Shown: positions 35,184 through 44,800, counted from the stretch's first letter. The stretch: DNA of 64,000 nt from Candidatus Eiseniibacteriota bacterium (GCA_965224245.1 OZ245046.1:1888001-1952000), one strand, 5' to 3'. The notes: a model not told the origin generated them from the letters alone. Numbers and translations are program-made.

Positions 35184-36234
35184 CCATGAGCCTCCAGAAC
35201 ACGTCTTTGCGTTTCGCATATCGCACGGCATCGTCCGGCGTCACGATGCCGTGCTGAACGAGGTGCAGGAGATCGTCGTCGAGCAGAAGCATCCCGTCGC
35301 GCCCGCCGGTCTGCATCACCGACGCGAGCTGGTGGGTTTTGCCCTCGCGGATGAGCGCACGCACCGGCGGCGTCGCGACCAGGATCTCCAGCGCGGCCAC
35401 GCGCCCGGCGCCGTCGGCCCGGCGGAGGAGGCGCTGCGCGACGACGCCCTGGAGCGACTCCGAGAGCGTCATCCTCACCTGATCCTGGCGGGCGGGACCG
35501 AACGCATCGATGAGCCGGTCGACGCACTCCGCGGCCGACGCGGCGTGAAGCGTGCCGAACACGAGCTGCCCCGTCTCGGCCGCCGTGATCGCCAGGTCGA
35601 TCGTCTCCGAGTCGCGCATCTCGCCGACCAGGACCACGTTGGGATCCTGGTGCAATGCCGCGCGCAGACCGTCGGCGAACGAGCCGGTGTTCCGGCCCAC
35701 CTCGCGCTGGCTGATCAGCGACGCCTTGTTCTCGTGGACGTACTCGATCGGGTCTTCGAGCGTGATCACGTGGCGCCGGTGGTAGCGGTTGATGTAGTCG
35801 ATGACGGCCGCCTGCGTGGACGACTTCCCGCTCCCGGGAGGACCGGTCACGACCACGAGACCCTTGGACAGGTTCGCGAAGCGGGTCACGACCTCGGGAA
35901 GTCCGAGCTGCTCCAGCGCCAGCACCTGGGCCGGCATCATCCGGAAGGCTCCGGCGATCCCGCGCCGCTGCTCGAAGACGTTGCACCGGACCCGGAGGAC
36001 GCCCGGAATCTCGTAGCCGAAGTCGACCTCGCGCGCCTGCTCGAACCGACTCCACTGATCGGCCGTCATCATCTCACGAAGCAGCTCCTCCAGGAGGCTC
36101 GGGGCCAGCGCCTGGTACTCGATCGCCTGAATCTCACCGTCCAGCCGGAGCATCGGCCGGGCCCCGGACGTGAGGTGGAGATCGGACGCGCCCCGTTCCT
36201 TGACGAGCTTGAAGATGGCGTCGATTCGCGCCAA
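35164..36234 (-). CDS. pilT: Type IV pilus retraction ATPase PilT
   Basis: ASDLHL, GPPGSGKS, TLEDPIEY, QREVG, VGEMRD, AETGQLVFGTLH, ALIREGK. Confidence 0.92.
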   Translation of the reverse strand: MARIDAIFKLVKERGASDLHLTSGARPMLRLDGEIQAIEYQALAPSLLEELLREMMTADQWSRFEQAREVDFGYEIPGVLRVRCNVFEQRRGIAGAFRMMPAQVLALEQLGLPEVVTRFANLSKGLVVVTGPPGSGKSSTQAAVIDYINRYHRRHVITLEDPIEYVHENKASLISQREVGRNTGSFADGLRAALHQDPNVVLVGEMRDSETIDLAITAAETGQLVFGTLHAASAAECVDRLIDAFGPARQDQVRMTLSESLQGVVAQRLLRRADGAGRVAALEILVATPPVRALIREGKTHQLASVMQTGGRDGMLLLDDDLLHLVQHGIVTPDDAVRYAKRKDVFWRLMDDDHAA

Positions 36235-36465
36235 CGCGCTCCCCCGCGGTGGTCGGCAGGCCACGGATCGTCGGCCGGTCGGCCGGTCACCGTGTCCGGT
36301 TCCGCGCACGTGGGCGGCGGCGCGCATCTGTTCCTAGGGGTTATTACGGTCCGACCGGACGGAACCTTGAGGCCCCTCGCGCGAGCGGCGGCGGCGGGAC
36401 GAGCAGGGCGGGATCGAAGGAACGACGGTGCGGGATACGAGTGTTCCGGGTCGCAACTCGGGACA

Positions 36466-36750
36466 CTAGCGCAGGTAGTAGTTGTACTTGATCGCGAGCT
36501 CCTCTTTCGTCTTCTCGTGAAGGATGATCCATTCGGCCGTACCCGGCGTGATTTCACGCGAGTACGTCTTCAGCCGTTCGGTCGCCTCCTGATCGATGCG
36601 GTCGCCGAAGGCCAGGTCCTCGAGGATGACCTTCTCGATCTTCACGGTGAGCGCTTCGAGGCGACCGGCGTAGTCGATGTGGTTGTCATCGTAGAGCACG
36701 TCCGTGATCCGATCGGCGATCTGACGTACTCGTTCGTCCTTCAGCTTCAT
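36466..36750 (-). CDS. DUF507-like protein
   Basis: MKLKDERVRQIADRI...EDLAFGDRIDQEA; paralogue of the adjacent gene. Confidence 0.6.
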   Translation of the reverse strand: MKLKDERVRQIADRITDVLYDDNHIDYAGRLEALTVKIEKVILEDLAFGDRIDQEATERLKTYSREITPGTAEWIILHEKTKEELAIKYNYYLR

Positions 36751-36772
36751 GTGCGCTCCGGAGCGACCCGCC

Positions 36773-37054
36773 CTAGACGACGAAGCCGCGCTTCTTGGCG
36801 ATCTGGTCCTTGAACCGCCGGCGGATCAGCTCGACGTCCATCCCGCCGCGATCGATCTCCGAGCGGTACTGCTCGAGCATGCCCTCGACCTCGGCGTCGA
36901 TCTCATCCTCTTCCAGCAGGTCGGCGTTGATGGCTCCGGCGACCGCCGACTCCATCTCGCGCGGCGACGTGTGGATCGTGACCTCGCCGTCGTTCTCGAG
37001 CATGTCGACGATCTTCTCGGAGATCGCGTGCACCTTGTCCCACGAAAACCGCAT
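36773..37054 (-). CDS. DUF507 family protein
   Basis: MRFSWDKVHAISEKI...EEDEIDAEV...KDQIAKKRGFVV. Confidence 0.8.
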   Translation of the reverse strand: MRFSWDKVHAISEKIVDMLENDGEVTIHTSPREMESAVAGAINADLLEEDEIDAEVEGMLEQYRSEIDRGGMDVELIRRRFKDQIAKKRGFVV

Positions 37055-37189
37055 CCCGCCTCCTTCACGACGCAACGAGCCTAGCAGAGTGCCGACCGGG
37101 GGGTCCAGGAATCCGCCTCGAGCGGGCGATACGCGGTGATTGGACGGCCTCGGTCCCGGCGAGAGCGCCGGCCGCGCCCGGCGACGACG

Positions 37190-38848
37190 CTAGTGAAGCC
37201 GGTGGATCGCGTCTCCCCCTTCGTGCGGCGAGCGGCGCGGTGGCGCGGACGGCCGTTCGGTCGCGGTGCTGTCGGTGATCGCGGTCGCGTTGCGGCGCCG
37301 CGCACCCGCGGGCCGACGGAGCCCGTGCTTGCGAACGAGGTTGTGCAGGTGCTGGCGCGAGATGTCCAGCGAGCGGGCGCTCATCGAGATGTTCCACTCG
37401 TGGTCGGTCAGCGTCCGCGCGACCACGAGTCGCTCGAGCTCGTCCATCTGATCGCGGAACGGCCCCTCGGGCAGGGTGAGCGTTCCCGGCGTGTGGCCGC
37501 TCGCGTCCCGAAAGGCATCGGCGGGCAGCTCGGTGTCGTCCCACAGGACGACGGCGCGCTCGACCGCATCCATCAGCTCGCGCACGTGGCCGGGCCAGGT
37601 CCGAGAGGTCAGCACGCGTCGCGCGTCACGCGTCACGGATGCGCGAGGACGTCCCTGGCGCGCGGATGCATCGTGGGCGAAGGCATCCGCCAGGAGCGGG
37701 ACGTCCTCGAGCCGCTCGTCCAGTCCGGGCACGCGGATCGAGGTCGCTCGAAGCATCGACGCAAGGTCGCGTCGGAACCCGCCGGCCCGGACGCCCTCGT
37801 CGAGATCGCGATCCGTCTCGGCCAGGATGCGACACGCGCACTCGCCCGCGCGGGCCAGTGCGTCGACGAGACGATCCTGCGTCGACGGCGGAAGCGCATG
37901 CACGGCGTCCAGGTGAAGCGTGGCTCCGGCGAGCCGACCCTGCAATCGACCTCCGTCCGGCGAGAAGAGCAGCGAGTCGAGCAGCGAGGCGTCACCGGCA
38001 TCGCAACGGACACGGATCAGCCGTCCGTCGGACGTCGCTCCGGTGGCATGGAGCACGCTGACCACGAGCGTCTTGCCGGTGCCCGGCTCACCGGTGACGA
38101 GCACGCGGGCGGCGCTTCCGGCGAGCCGTCCGACCGACCGGCGAAGCGAGACCGCGGCGTGGCTGACCCCGACGATCGCGTCGGTGCCCGCCCGCACGCC
38201 GAGCAGCTGCCGGAGCTGCTGATTCTCGCCGATGGCGACAGCACGCTCGCGCTCCGCGGCGGATCGCGACGCCATCGCCCCGAACGTGCGGGCACACGCG
38301 GTGGTGAAGAACTCGAGCGCCCGGAGCGCTCCCGAGACCGGACGCGGCCGGGGGTCGCGCGCCAGCGCGACCACCGCCAGATCGGCGGCGGGGCGGGCGA
38401 CGACTCGAAAGTAGACCGCGACACCGGCGTCCAGCGGCGAGGGGATCGCCCCCACGCGGCCGGGTCCCGGCTCGAGCCACTCCACGCGTGTCGCATCGGT
38501 GGCTCCGAGCGATCGCATCGCCGTCTCGACGGCCTCGACTTCCGATCCCGTGAAGTCCCCGACCGTCGTTCGCGTGCGCGCGCCCGACGCGCCCTCGGAG
38601 ACGGCCACCGCTCGCTCCAGCTGCGTGAGCCCCAGGCACTCGCGGACCACGGCGGCCGCCAGCTCCGCCGGGCTGATCAGGCTCGACAGACGATCGAGCG
38701 CCCTGGACACGCTCTCCCAGGCGCGAGCCTCGGCCGCCGCCGCGTCGACCAGACGAGTGGTGGCATCTCCCCAGCCGGTCCCGTCGGCCGCCGGCCGTCC
38801 CCCCCGGGCGTCGGTGTCGAGTCCCGACCAGGATCGCGGATCGCTCAT
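37190..38848 (-). CDS. NtrC/Fis-like regulator with degenerate sigma54-activator AAA+ domain
   Basis: VLVTGEPGTGKT, FRRDL, WPGHVREL, C-terminal Fis HTH (NISMSARSLDISRQHL); no GAFTGA. Confidence 0.75.
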   Translation of the reverse strand: MSDPRSWSGLDTDARGGRPAADGTGWGDATTRLVDAAAAEARAWESVSRALDRLSSLISPAELAAAVVRECLGLTQLERAVAVSEGASGARTRTTVGDFTGSEVEAVETAMRSLGATDATRVEWLEPGPGRVGAIPSPLDAGVAVYFRVVARPAADLAVVALARDPRPRPVSGALRALEFFTTACARTFGAMASRSAAERERAVAIGENQQLRQLLGVRAGTDAIVGVSHAAVSLRRSVGRLAGSAARVLVTGEPGTGKTLVVSVLHATGATSDGRLIRVRCDAGDASLLDSLLFSPDGGRLQGRLAGATLHLDAVHALPPSTQDRLVDALARAGECACRILAETDRDLDEGVRAGGFRRDLASMLRATSIRVPGLDERLEDVPLLADAFAHDASARQGRPRASVTRDARRVLTSRTWPGHVRELMDAVERAVVLWDDTELPADAFRDASGHTPGTLTLPEGPFRDQMDELERLVVARTLTDHEWNISMSARSLDISRQHLHNLVRKHGLRRPAGARRRNATAITDSTATERPSAPPRRSPHEGGDAIHRLH

Positions 38849-39217
38849 CCATGCCTCCGCCGCTCTCGTGCCCGCGTCGTCCCCGGGCGATCCGATGCCC
38901 GAGTCTGTGGATGATCCGCGGGTCGTGCCGGCGCGCACTATAGGCGATGCGGGGTGGGGTCGCCAGGGTTGGATGGACGTCATGTCGTTGTCGTTACGAC
39001 GGGTGCAGGGCTCGGCGGCTCGGCTCGGGCGTTTCCCCCATTCCTTCGGACGATACGAGCCACGAGCGCCGATCACGGGCCGTCGGAGCGCGGCCCGGCC
39101 GGACTCGAGCCGACAATCCAGAGTGCGCCGGCGGCGCTGCACGCAACCGCGTCGTCGCGCCACCGCCAGTTCTCCGGTGGCAGGCGAGGAGCTGACCTCG
39201 ACCGAAAGGACCCAGGC

Positions 39218-39580
39218 ATGTCTCACCGGATCCTCGTCGTCGACGACGAGCCCGCCGTTCGCGACGTCCTGCGGACGATGCTCGAGAAACACGGCTATAC
39301 CGTCACCGAGGCCGGGGACGGCGCCCAGGCGGCACGCGCACTCACCGACGCGTCGTTCGATCTCGTCGTGACCGACATCGTGATGCCCGAGCGAGAAGGG
39401 CTGGAGACGATCCGATTCATCCGGCGAGACTTCCCGCACATCCGGATCATCGCGATCAGCGCTCCCTCGAACAAGGACTACCTCCGGGCGGCCGAGCGCT
39501 TCGGCGCCGAGCGAACGTTCACCAAGCCGTTCAGCCTCTCCGAGCTCGCGACCAGCGTCCGGGACCTCCTGGCGGCCTGA
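39218..39580 (+). CDS. Single-domain response regulator (REC)
   Basis: ILVVDDE, VTDIVMP, KPF. Confidence 0.92.
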   Translation: MSHRILVVDDEPAVRDVLRTMLEKHGYTVTEAGDGAQAARALTDASFDLVVTDIVMPEREGLETIRFIRRDFPHIRIIAISAPSNKDYLRAAERFGAERTFTKPFSLSELATSVRDLLAA

Positions 39581-39599
39581 CGGGCCGTGCCCCCGGAGC

Positions 39600-40466
39600 T
39601 CAGAGCAGCTCGAACGGGACCGGCGTGAAGCACGCCCACAGGACCGCGCCCATCAGGATCGCGAGCACGACCCGGCCGGCGTCCAGGGGCGCCTCGTCCC
39701 GCGTGGGAGGATGCGGCGCTCGCGTGAAGATCGCGACCAGCACCGCCAGGACGAGCCAGTTGTACGCGTGCGTCCCGATCGCCAGCGCGAGCAGCCCGAG
39801 CACCACGAGACGCGACATGACGCGGTGCGCCCGCCCCAGCACGGCGTAGACGATGTGTCCGCCGTCGAGCTGACCCGCCGGAAGCAGGTTCAATGCCGTC
39901 ACGAAGAGCCCCGCCCACGCCGCGAAGGCCATCGGATGTAGCCCCGACATTCCCAGGACGAGGTGCTCCTTTCCCAGCGCCCGCGCGATCTCGTCCAGGA
40001 GCGGCGGGCTTCCCAGGACGATGTCGTCGGCGGGCACGGCACCGAAGCGGGAGCGCGCGAGCCCGTACGTCAGACACGGGACCGCGACCACGAGCCCGGC
40101 CAGAGGACCGGCGATTGCGATGTCGAACAGCGCTCGCCGGGACGGGACCCGGGCCCGCATCCGGATGATCGCGCCCAGGGTGCCGAACGGGGAGATCGGG
40201 AACGGCAAGAAGTACGGGAGCGACGTGGCGACCCCGTAGTGGCGACTCACCGCGTAGTGACCGGCCTCGTGTGCCACGAGGATCGCCATCACCGTGACGC
40301 CGTAGGCCAGGCTCTCGGCGAGCGTCCCGCGGCTGCCGAACGCATACGCGACGACGGTGCTCGCACACGTGGCCACGAACAGCCAGACCGGCCGTCGAGC
40401 GCCATTCCGGCGCTCGTGTCCCGCGATGATCGGCCTCACCGGCGCGAGGTCAGCGCGGAGCGGCAT
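39600..40466 (-). CDS. Site-2 protease (M50) family protein
   Basis: HEAGH, FGTLGA, IAIAGP, LNLLPAGQLDGGH. Confidence 0.92.
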   Translation of the reverse strand: MPLRADLAPVRPIIAGHERRNGARRPVWLFVATCASTVVAYAFGSRGTLAESLAYGVTVMAILVAHEAGHYAVSRHYGVATSLPYFLPFPISPFGTLGAIIRMRARVPSRRALFDIAIAGPLAGLVVAVPCLTYGLARSRFGAVPADDIVLGSPPLLDEIARALGKEHLVLGMSGLHPMAFAAWAGLFVTALNLLPAGQLDGGHIVYAVLGRAHRVMSRLVVLGLLALAIGTHAYNWLVLAVLVAIFTRAPHPPTRDEAPLDAGRVVLAILMGAVLWACFTPVPFELL

Positions 40467-40510
40467 GGACGTCGCGGCAGAGAGGGCGGAGAGGGGTCAT
40501 GCGGGCCCGG

Positions 40511-41668
40511 TCACCGGGGGAGTCGAACGAGACGCTCGACGCGTCGGCGATCACCGACGTCGACGACCGTGAAGTACGTGCCCGGTGGCGCGTCACGACC
40601 GTGCTCGTCGAGACCGTCCCACGACATGTGAGCCAGACCGCCCTCGACCGGTCCGTCGAACAGCGACCGGACGCGCCGGCCGGCGACGTCGACGATCGTG
40701 ACCCGCATCGGGCCCTCCGCTCCGGTATGGACGAGGACCGTGGCCCGCGGACGAAACGGATTGGGCATCACCGAGAGCGTGATCCTCTCGGGCCGTGCCG
40801 CGTCCGGGACCGAGACGGTGCCGGCGACCCACTGGCTCACCCAGACGTCGTAGCCCCCGAGCCCGCCCGGCCGGTCGGACGTGAAGTAGAGGGTGAGGCC
40901 GTCCGGGGAAAGCACCGGACTGGCATCGAGATAGCCCGGATGACCGACGCCGCCGGGGACGGGGACCGGATCGCCGAACTCCCCGCCGCCGATCGCGTAG
41001 GCGACCGCGACGTCCCCGTCGACGCACAGGAACATCGAGTCGCCACCGGCCGCGACGAACGGCATGTAAGCGTGCGCGGAGGTGTTGAACGTCAGCGCTA
41101 CCGGCGCCTGCCAGACGCCGCCGACGCGCGTGGCGGTCCAGACGTCGTGACCGCCGGCCCCTCCGGCGCGGTCGAAGGCGGAGAAGACGATGGTATCGGC
41201 TCCGGACGCGCGCCCACCCCACTCGTCGGCCCCGGAGTCGATCGGGGTCCCGAGCGGTGCGTCCGCGATCCAGGAGCCGCCCCCGTCCGGGCTGGCCGTG
41301 CGCAGGTTGAACCCGTGGGTCGTGTACATCAGGACGCCCGACGGCGACAGGTCCGGCGCGTACTCGCGGAGCGGGGTGTTGACCGAGGGCCCGAGGTTCG
41401 TCGGCTCGCTCCAGACACCGTCGGTCCAGTCGGACCGGTAGAGATCGCGATCGCCGTGGCCGCCGGGACGATCGGAGTCGAAGACGAGCACGAGACCGTC
41501 GGCGCTCAACGCGAGGCCGAGCTCGTCGCCCGGGGAGTTGATCGGCGCGCCGAGGTTCACGGCCGGACCCCAGTCGGCGGCCGCCGGCTGAACCGTCGCG
41601 ACCGCGGCGAGGAGCACCGCGAGGGTGGAACGACGAGCTAGATCGGGGTGTGAGCGGGAGATACGCAT
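40511..41668 (-). CDS. Secreted PD40/TolB-like repeat protein with C-terminal FlgD-Ig domain
   Basis: NLGAPINS, SDRPGGHGDRDLY, SDRPGGLGGYDVW; PNPF...DVAGRRVRSL...WDG...PGTYF. Confidence 0.85.
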   Translation of the reverse strand: MRISRSHPDLARRSTLAVLLAAVATVQPAAADWGPAVNLGAPINSPGDELGLALSADGLVLVFDSDRPGGHGDRDLYRSDWTDGVWSEPTNLGPSVNTPLREYAPDLSPSGVLMYTTHGFNLRTASPDGGGSWIADAPLGTPIDSGADEWGGRASGADTIVFSAFDRAGGAGGHDVWTATRVGGVWQAPVALTFNTSAHAYMPFVAAGGDSMFLCVDGDVAVAYAIGGGEFGDPVPVPGGVGHPGYLDASPVLSPDGLTLYFTSDRPGGLGGYDVWVSQWVAGTVSVPDAARPERITLSVMPNPFRPRATVLVHTGAEGPMRVTIVDVAGRRVRSLFDGPVEGGLAHMSWDGLDEHGRDAPPGTYFTVVDVGDRRRVERLVRLPR

Positions 41669-41833
41669 CCGGGGGGTTCCTCGGGTGTGGAGCGCGGCGC
41701 CGAGCCGCAGAATGTCGTGGGCCGCCGGGCTGGTCGGCACCGTCGAGTATAGCACCGCCGGGGGTCCGGCGCGGTGGACGGAGACCCCCTCCGAGGGCGG
41801 GCCGAAACGGGCAAGTGACCATCAGAGCGTTAG

Positions 41834-41862
41834 TTGACGGTTTGAGGGGCCCGTGGTAGACT
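41834..41862 (+). promoter_or_regulatory. sigma70-type promoter of the qhp-like operon
   Basis: TTGACG-N17-TAGACT with TG extension; AGGAG RBS at 41901, 7 nt before GTG 41913. Confidence 0.65.
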
Positions 41863-41912
41863 CCGCGGGTTCCATGTCGTGGGTCGACACAATCATCGCC
41901 AGGAGCGGGCCT

Positions 41913-43370
41913 GTGGCCGTCGCCTCGGTGCGTGCGAAGGCACGTGCGCTCAGCGTCAACGACTTTCATCTCTTCACCGAGGACGCTCATTCGCACGTGC
42001 TCGTCGTGCCCACGTCCGCGCTCTTCCGGGTCGACCCCGAGGGCCGGCGCATCCTCTCCGCGCTGGCCGACCAGCGTCGAGCCCCGTTCGATCTGGACGC
42101 CTTCCTCGCCCATCCGTCGGTGGACGTGCCGTCCGCGGATGCCGACGCGCTCGTGGAGTCCCTGATCGCCATGGGCGTCCTGACGCACCCCGAGGCCCGC
42201 GGCTCCGACCCCGGCATCCTGAAGGACGACCTCCTGCGTTTCACGACGCCGCCGGTGGGCTCGGTCACGGCGCTGGTGTCGAAGGACTGCAATCTCAAGT
42301 GCGGCTACTGCTACGCCGACCAGGGCCGCTTCGGCCAGTCCGAGGGCGGCGAGATGGACTTCGAGACCGCCAAACGGTTCATGGACATCCTCATCGCCGA
42401 GTCCGGAAACCTCCCCCAGATCCGATATCAGTTCCTGGGAGGCGAGCCGCTGTTGAACGCGAAGCTGATGCGCCGGATCATCGAGTACGGCCGGTCGGAG
42501 GCCGCGCGCATCGGCAAGCGCATCAGCTTCGGCATGACCACCAACGCGACGTTCCTGACGCCGGAGATCATCGGCTACTTCGTCGAGCACGACGTGACGT
42601 GCACGATCAGCATCGACGGTCCCGAGCACGTCAACGATCTGATCCGGGTCAATCACGCCGACAAGGGGTCGTACCAGCGGATCATGCGCGCGGTGGCGCC
42701 GCTTCTGGCGGTGCAGGAGACGCGCGCGCGGGTCACGGTCACCAAGCACTGCCTCGACATGGAGATGATCGTGGATCACCTCCTCGGCGAGGGGTTCAGC
42801 GAGGTCGGCCTGACCCCGGTCAACTCGACCGATCGGCGCTACGCGCTCGACGACGCCGATCGCGAGCGGCTGCTCGACGAGTTCCGCCGGCTGACACGCC
42901 GCTACGTGCGAGAGGCCCGGGAGGGCCGCCGGTTCGGGTTCGCGAACCTCAACGAGCTCCTCAAGCAGATCCACGAGGGACGGAGCCAGACACACCCGTG
43001 CGGCGCCGGCATCAGCATGTTCGCGACCGATGCGAACGGCACGATCTACCCGTGCCACCGCTTTCCGGGCCGCGAGGAGTACGCGATGGGCCACGTCGAC
43101 AGGGGCGTGGATCGCGAGAAGCAGGCCGCCTGGCTGGCGCAGGTCCACGTCCACAACCGGTCGGCCTGCAAGAGCTGCTGGGCGCGCTACATCTGCTCGG
43201 GAGGCTGCTACTACCTCTCGGCGATCGAATACGGAGACGTGTCGCAGACGTTCACACCGATATGTGATCATCTGCGCCAGTGGTATCAGATGGGTTTGGC
43301 TGCGTACGCCGACATCGTCGAGACCTGCCCGGAGCATCTGTCCCGGATGGGTCTCGCGTTGGAAGCCTGA
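41913..43370 (+). CDS. RRE-containing radical SAM/SPASM peptide maturase (QhpD/PeaB-like thioether-forming enzyme)
   Basis: N-terminal PqqD-like RRE; CNLKCGYC; GGEPLL; SPASM CGAG...YPCH...CKSCWARYICSGGC...C; directly upstream of the QhpC-like peptide. Confidence 0.9.
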   Translation: MAVASVRAKARALSVNDFHLFTEDAHSHVLVVPTSALFRVDPEGRRILSALADQRRAPFDLDAFLAHPSVDVPSADADALVESLIAMGVLTHPEARGSDPGILKDDLLRFTTPPVGSVTALVSKDCNLKCGYCYADQGRFGQSEGGEMDFETAKRFMDILIAESGNLPQIRYQFLGGEPLLNAKLMRRIIEYGRSEAARIGKRISFGMTTNATFLTPEIIGYFVEHDVTCTISIDGPEHVNDLIRVNHADKGSYQRIMRAVAPLLAVQETRARVTVTKHCLDMEMIVDHLLGEGFSEVGLTPVNSTDRRYALDDADRERLLDEFRRLTRRYVREAREGRRFGFANLNELLKQIHEGRSQTHPCGAGISMFATDANGTIYPCHRFPGREEYAMGHVDRGVDREKQAAWLAQVHVHNRSACKSCWARYICSGGCYYLSAIEYGDVSQTFTPICDHLRQWYQMGLAAYADIVETCPEHLSRMGLALEA

Positions 43371-43402
43371 CACCGCGAGCACGCGGGCGCGAAGGGGGAC
43401 GC

Positions 43403-43696
43403 TTGAAGCATTTCAAACCGATCAACAAGAAGAGCCGCGAGGCGGTCGCCGAGGGCGCGCCGGATGCGTTCGGCCACGCATGTGCCGCATGTTGCGCGTC
43501 GTTCGCTCCGGGATGGGAGGTCGGCCCGGCCGGCGACCTCGATCCGTGCCCGTGGCAGAACGACCTGCATCTCTGCTGGGTCACGTGCTTCTGGAACTAC
43601 CAGATTCCCGACGACTCGGCGTACTCGTCCTGGATGGACAGCTGCGGCAGCGTGGCCGTGGACTGGACGACGCTCTGCGTGGTGCCGGACGTCTAG
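43403..43696 (+). CDS. QhpC-like (QHNDH gamma subunit-like) Cys/Trp-rich precursor peptide, 97 aa
   Basis: TTG start after GAAGGGGG; leader MKHFKPINKK; core CCASFAPGWEV...CPWQNDLHLCWVTCFWNYQIPD...DWTTL matches the QhpC pattern CxxSFDPGWEV...C...DLYGCxxxCWWxxQVxD...DWxxL. Confidence 0.85.
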   Translation: MKHFKPINKKSREAVAEGAPDAFGHACAACCASFAPGWEVGPAGDLDPCPWQNDLHLCWVTCFWNYQIPDDSAYSSWMDSCGSVAVDWTTLCVVPDV

Positions 43697-43825
43697 AGCC
43701 GCGCACCGGCAAAGGACCGCATCTGACGTGAACGACAACCGCAGGCTCGCGATCTTCGCGTTCGGCGCCGAGCGCGCTCCGGGGATGGCGACCACTTTCA
43801 TCGAGCCGACGGGAGGCATGATCGC

Positions 43826-44800
43826 ATGAAGCGAGTCATCCTGAGCGTTGCCGTAGCCGCCCTGGCCGTGACGTCGGCCGACGCGGCACGCGTGTACGTG
43901 ACGAGCAATCAGGTCAAGATCATCGACGACGTCGCCGGCGACGTCGTGGGCACGATCGATCTCGGGAAGTCCTACGTCCGGGACATGGTCTTCTCCGCGG
44001 ACGGGTCCACCGCGTACGTGGCCCACACCCGCGGCGTGGCGGTCGTGGACGTCGCGACGTCGGCCGTGACCGCCAACTGGTCGGACTGGACCGTGAGCGA
44101 CCTCGCGCTGGACGACGCCGGCGGGACGCTGAGCACGCTCGAGCACAAGGCGGGCTCGGGGTACCGCGTCGTCACGTACGACGTGTCGACCGGCGACACC
44201 GTCCGGAGCTACGCCGTCGACAACAAGGCGCTCGACCTGACCGCGCCACCGGCCGGCGGACGCGTGTTCACGACGAACCTGCACCGCGGCGTGGTCACGA
44301 GCTACGACCGGCTGACCGGAGAGGCCGGGTCCACGCTCGACGTCGCGCCCTCGGCCACGCCGGACGAGCTCGGGACGTACATCATCAAGTCGCTGATCTC
44401 CCCCGACGGCGGCACGATCTACGTCGTGCTCAACGGCGAGCGGGCCGGCATCACGACGATCTCGGCGACCACCGGCGAGACGACCGGTCAGATCCTCCTC
44501 GGGCACCCCGCGTACGTTCGCGACGCCGTCCTGTCCCCCGACGGCACGCGCATGTACATCTCGGCGCTCGACCACCTGTCGGTGGTGGATCTCGGGACGG
44601 GCACCGAGCTGGCGTGGGTCGACCTCGAGGTCACGCACCAGGGCATCGCGGTGTCGCCCGACGGCTCCCGCGTGTACCTCGTGAACCCGGTCTACGACAC
44701 CAGCGGCAGCCTGGCCGTCGTCGACGCGCGGACGTTCGAGCTGGTGAAGCGCATCTCGGTGCCCGACATCAGCCCGTATCGCGTCGCGATCGTTCCGTAA
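43826..44800 (+). CDS. Secreted YVTN/YncE-type beta-propeller (QhpB position)
   Basis: Sec signal peptide; repeats FSADGSTAYV, ISPDGGTIYV, LSPDGTRMYI, VSPDGSRVYL. Confidence 0.8.
   Translation: MKRVILSVAVAALAVTSADAARVYVTSNQVKIIDDVAGDVVGTIDLGKSYVRDMVFSADGSTAYVAHTRGVAVVDVATSAVTANWSDWTVSDLALDDAGGTLSTLEHKAGSGYRVVTYDVSTGDTVRSYAVDNKALDLTAPPAGGRVFTTNLHRGVVTSYDRLTGEAGSTLDVAPSATPDELGTYIIKSLISPDGGTIYVVLNGERAGITTISATTGETTGQILLGHPAYVRDAVLSPDGTRMYISALDHLSVVDLGTGTELAWVDLEVTHQGIAVSPDGSRVYLVNPVYDTSGSLAVVDARTFELVKRISVPDISPYRVAIVP

Noticed and set aside
36343-36371. Minus-strand TCAAG-N15-ACCGTAAT as a sigma28-like pilT promoter
   Set aside because: The match to GCCGATAA is too weak to support without TSS data.
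41853-41912. ORF-track start of the SPASM rSAM (41853)
   Set aside because: It overlaps the predicted -10 element; GTG 41913 has a well-spaced AGGAG.
43280-43402. N-terminal extension of the precursor in the ORF track
   Set aside because: It overlaps the rSAM 3' end; TTG 43403 has an RBS and gives a QhpC-type leader.
43728-43829. 33-codon GTG ORF between the precursor and first propeller as a second precursor
   Set aside because: It has no Cys, no leader similarity and poor RBS spacing; only the ATGA overlap supports it.
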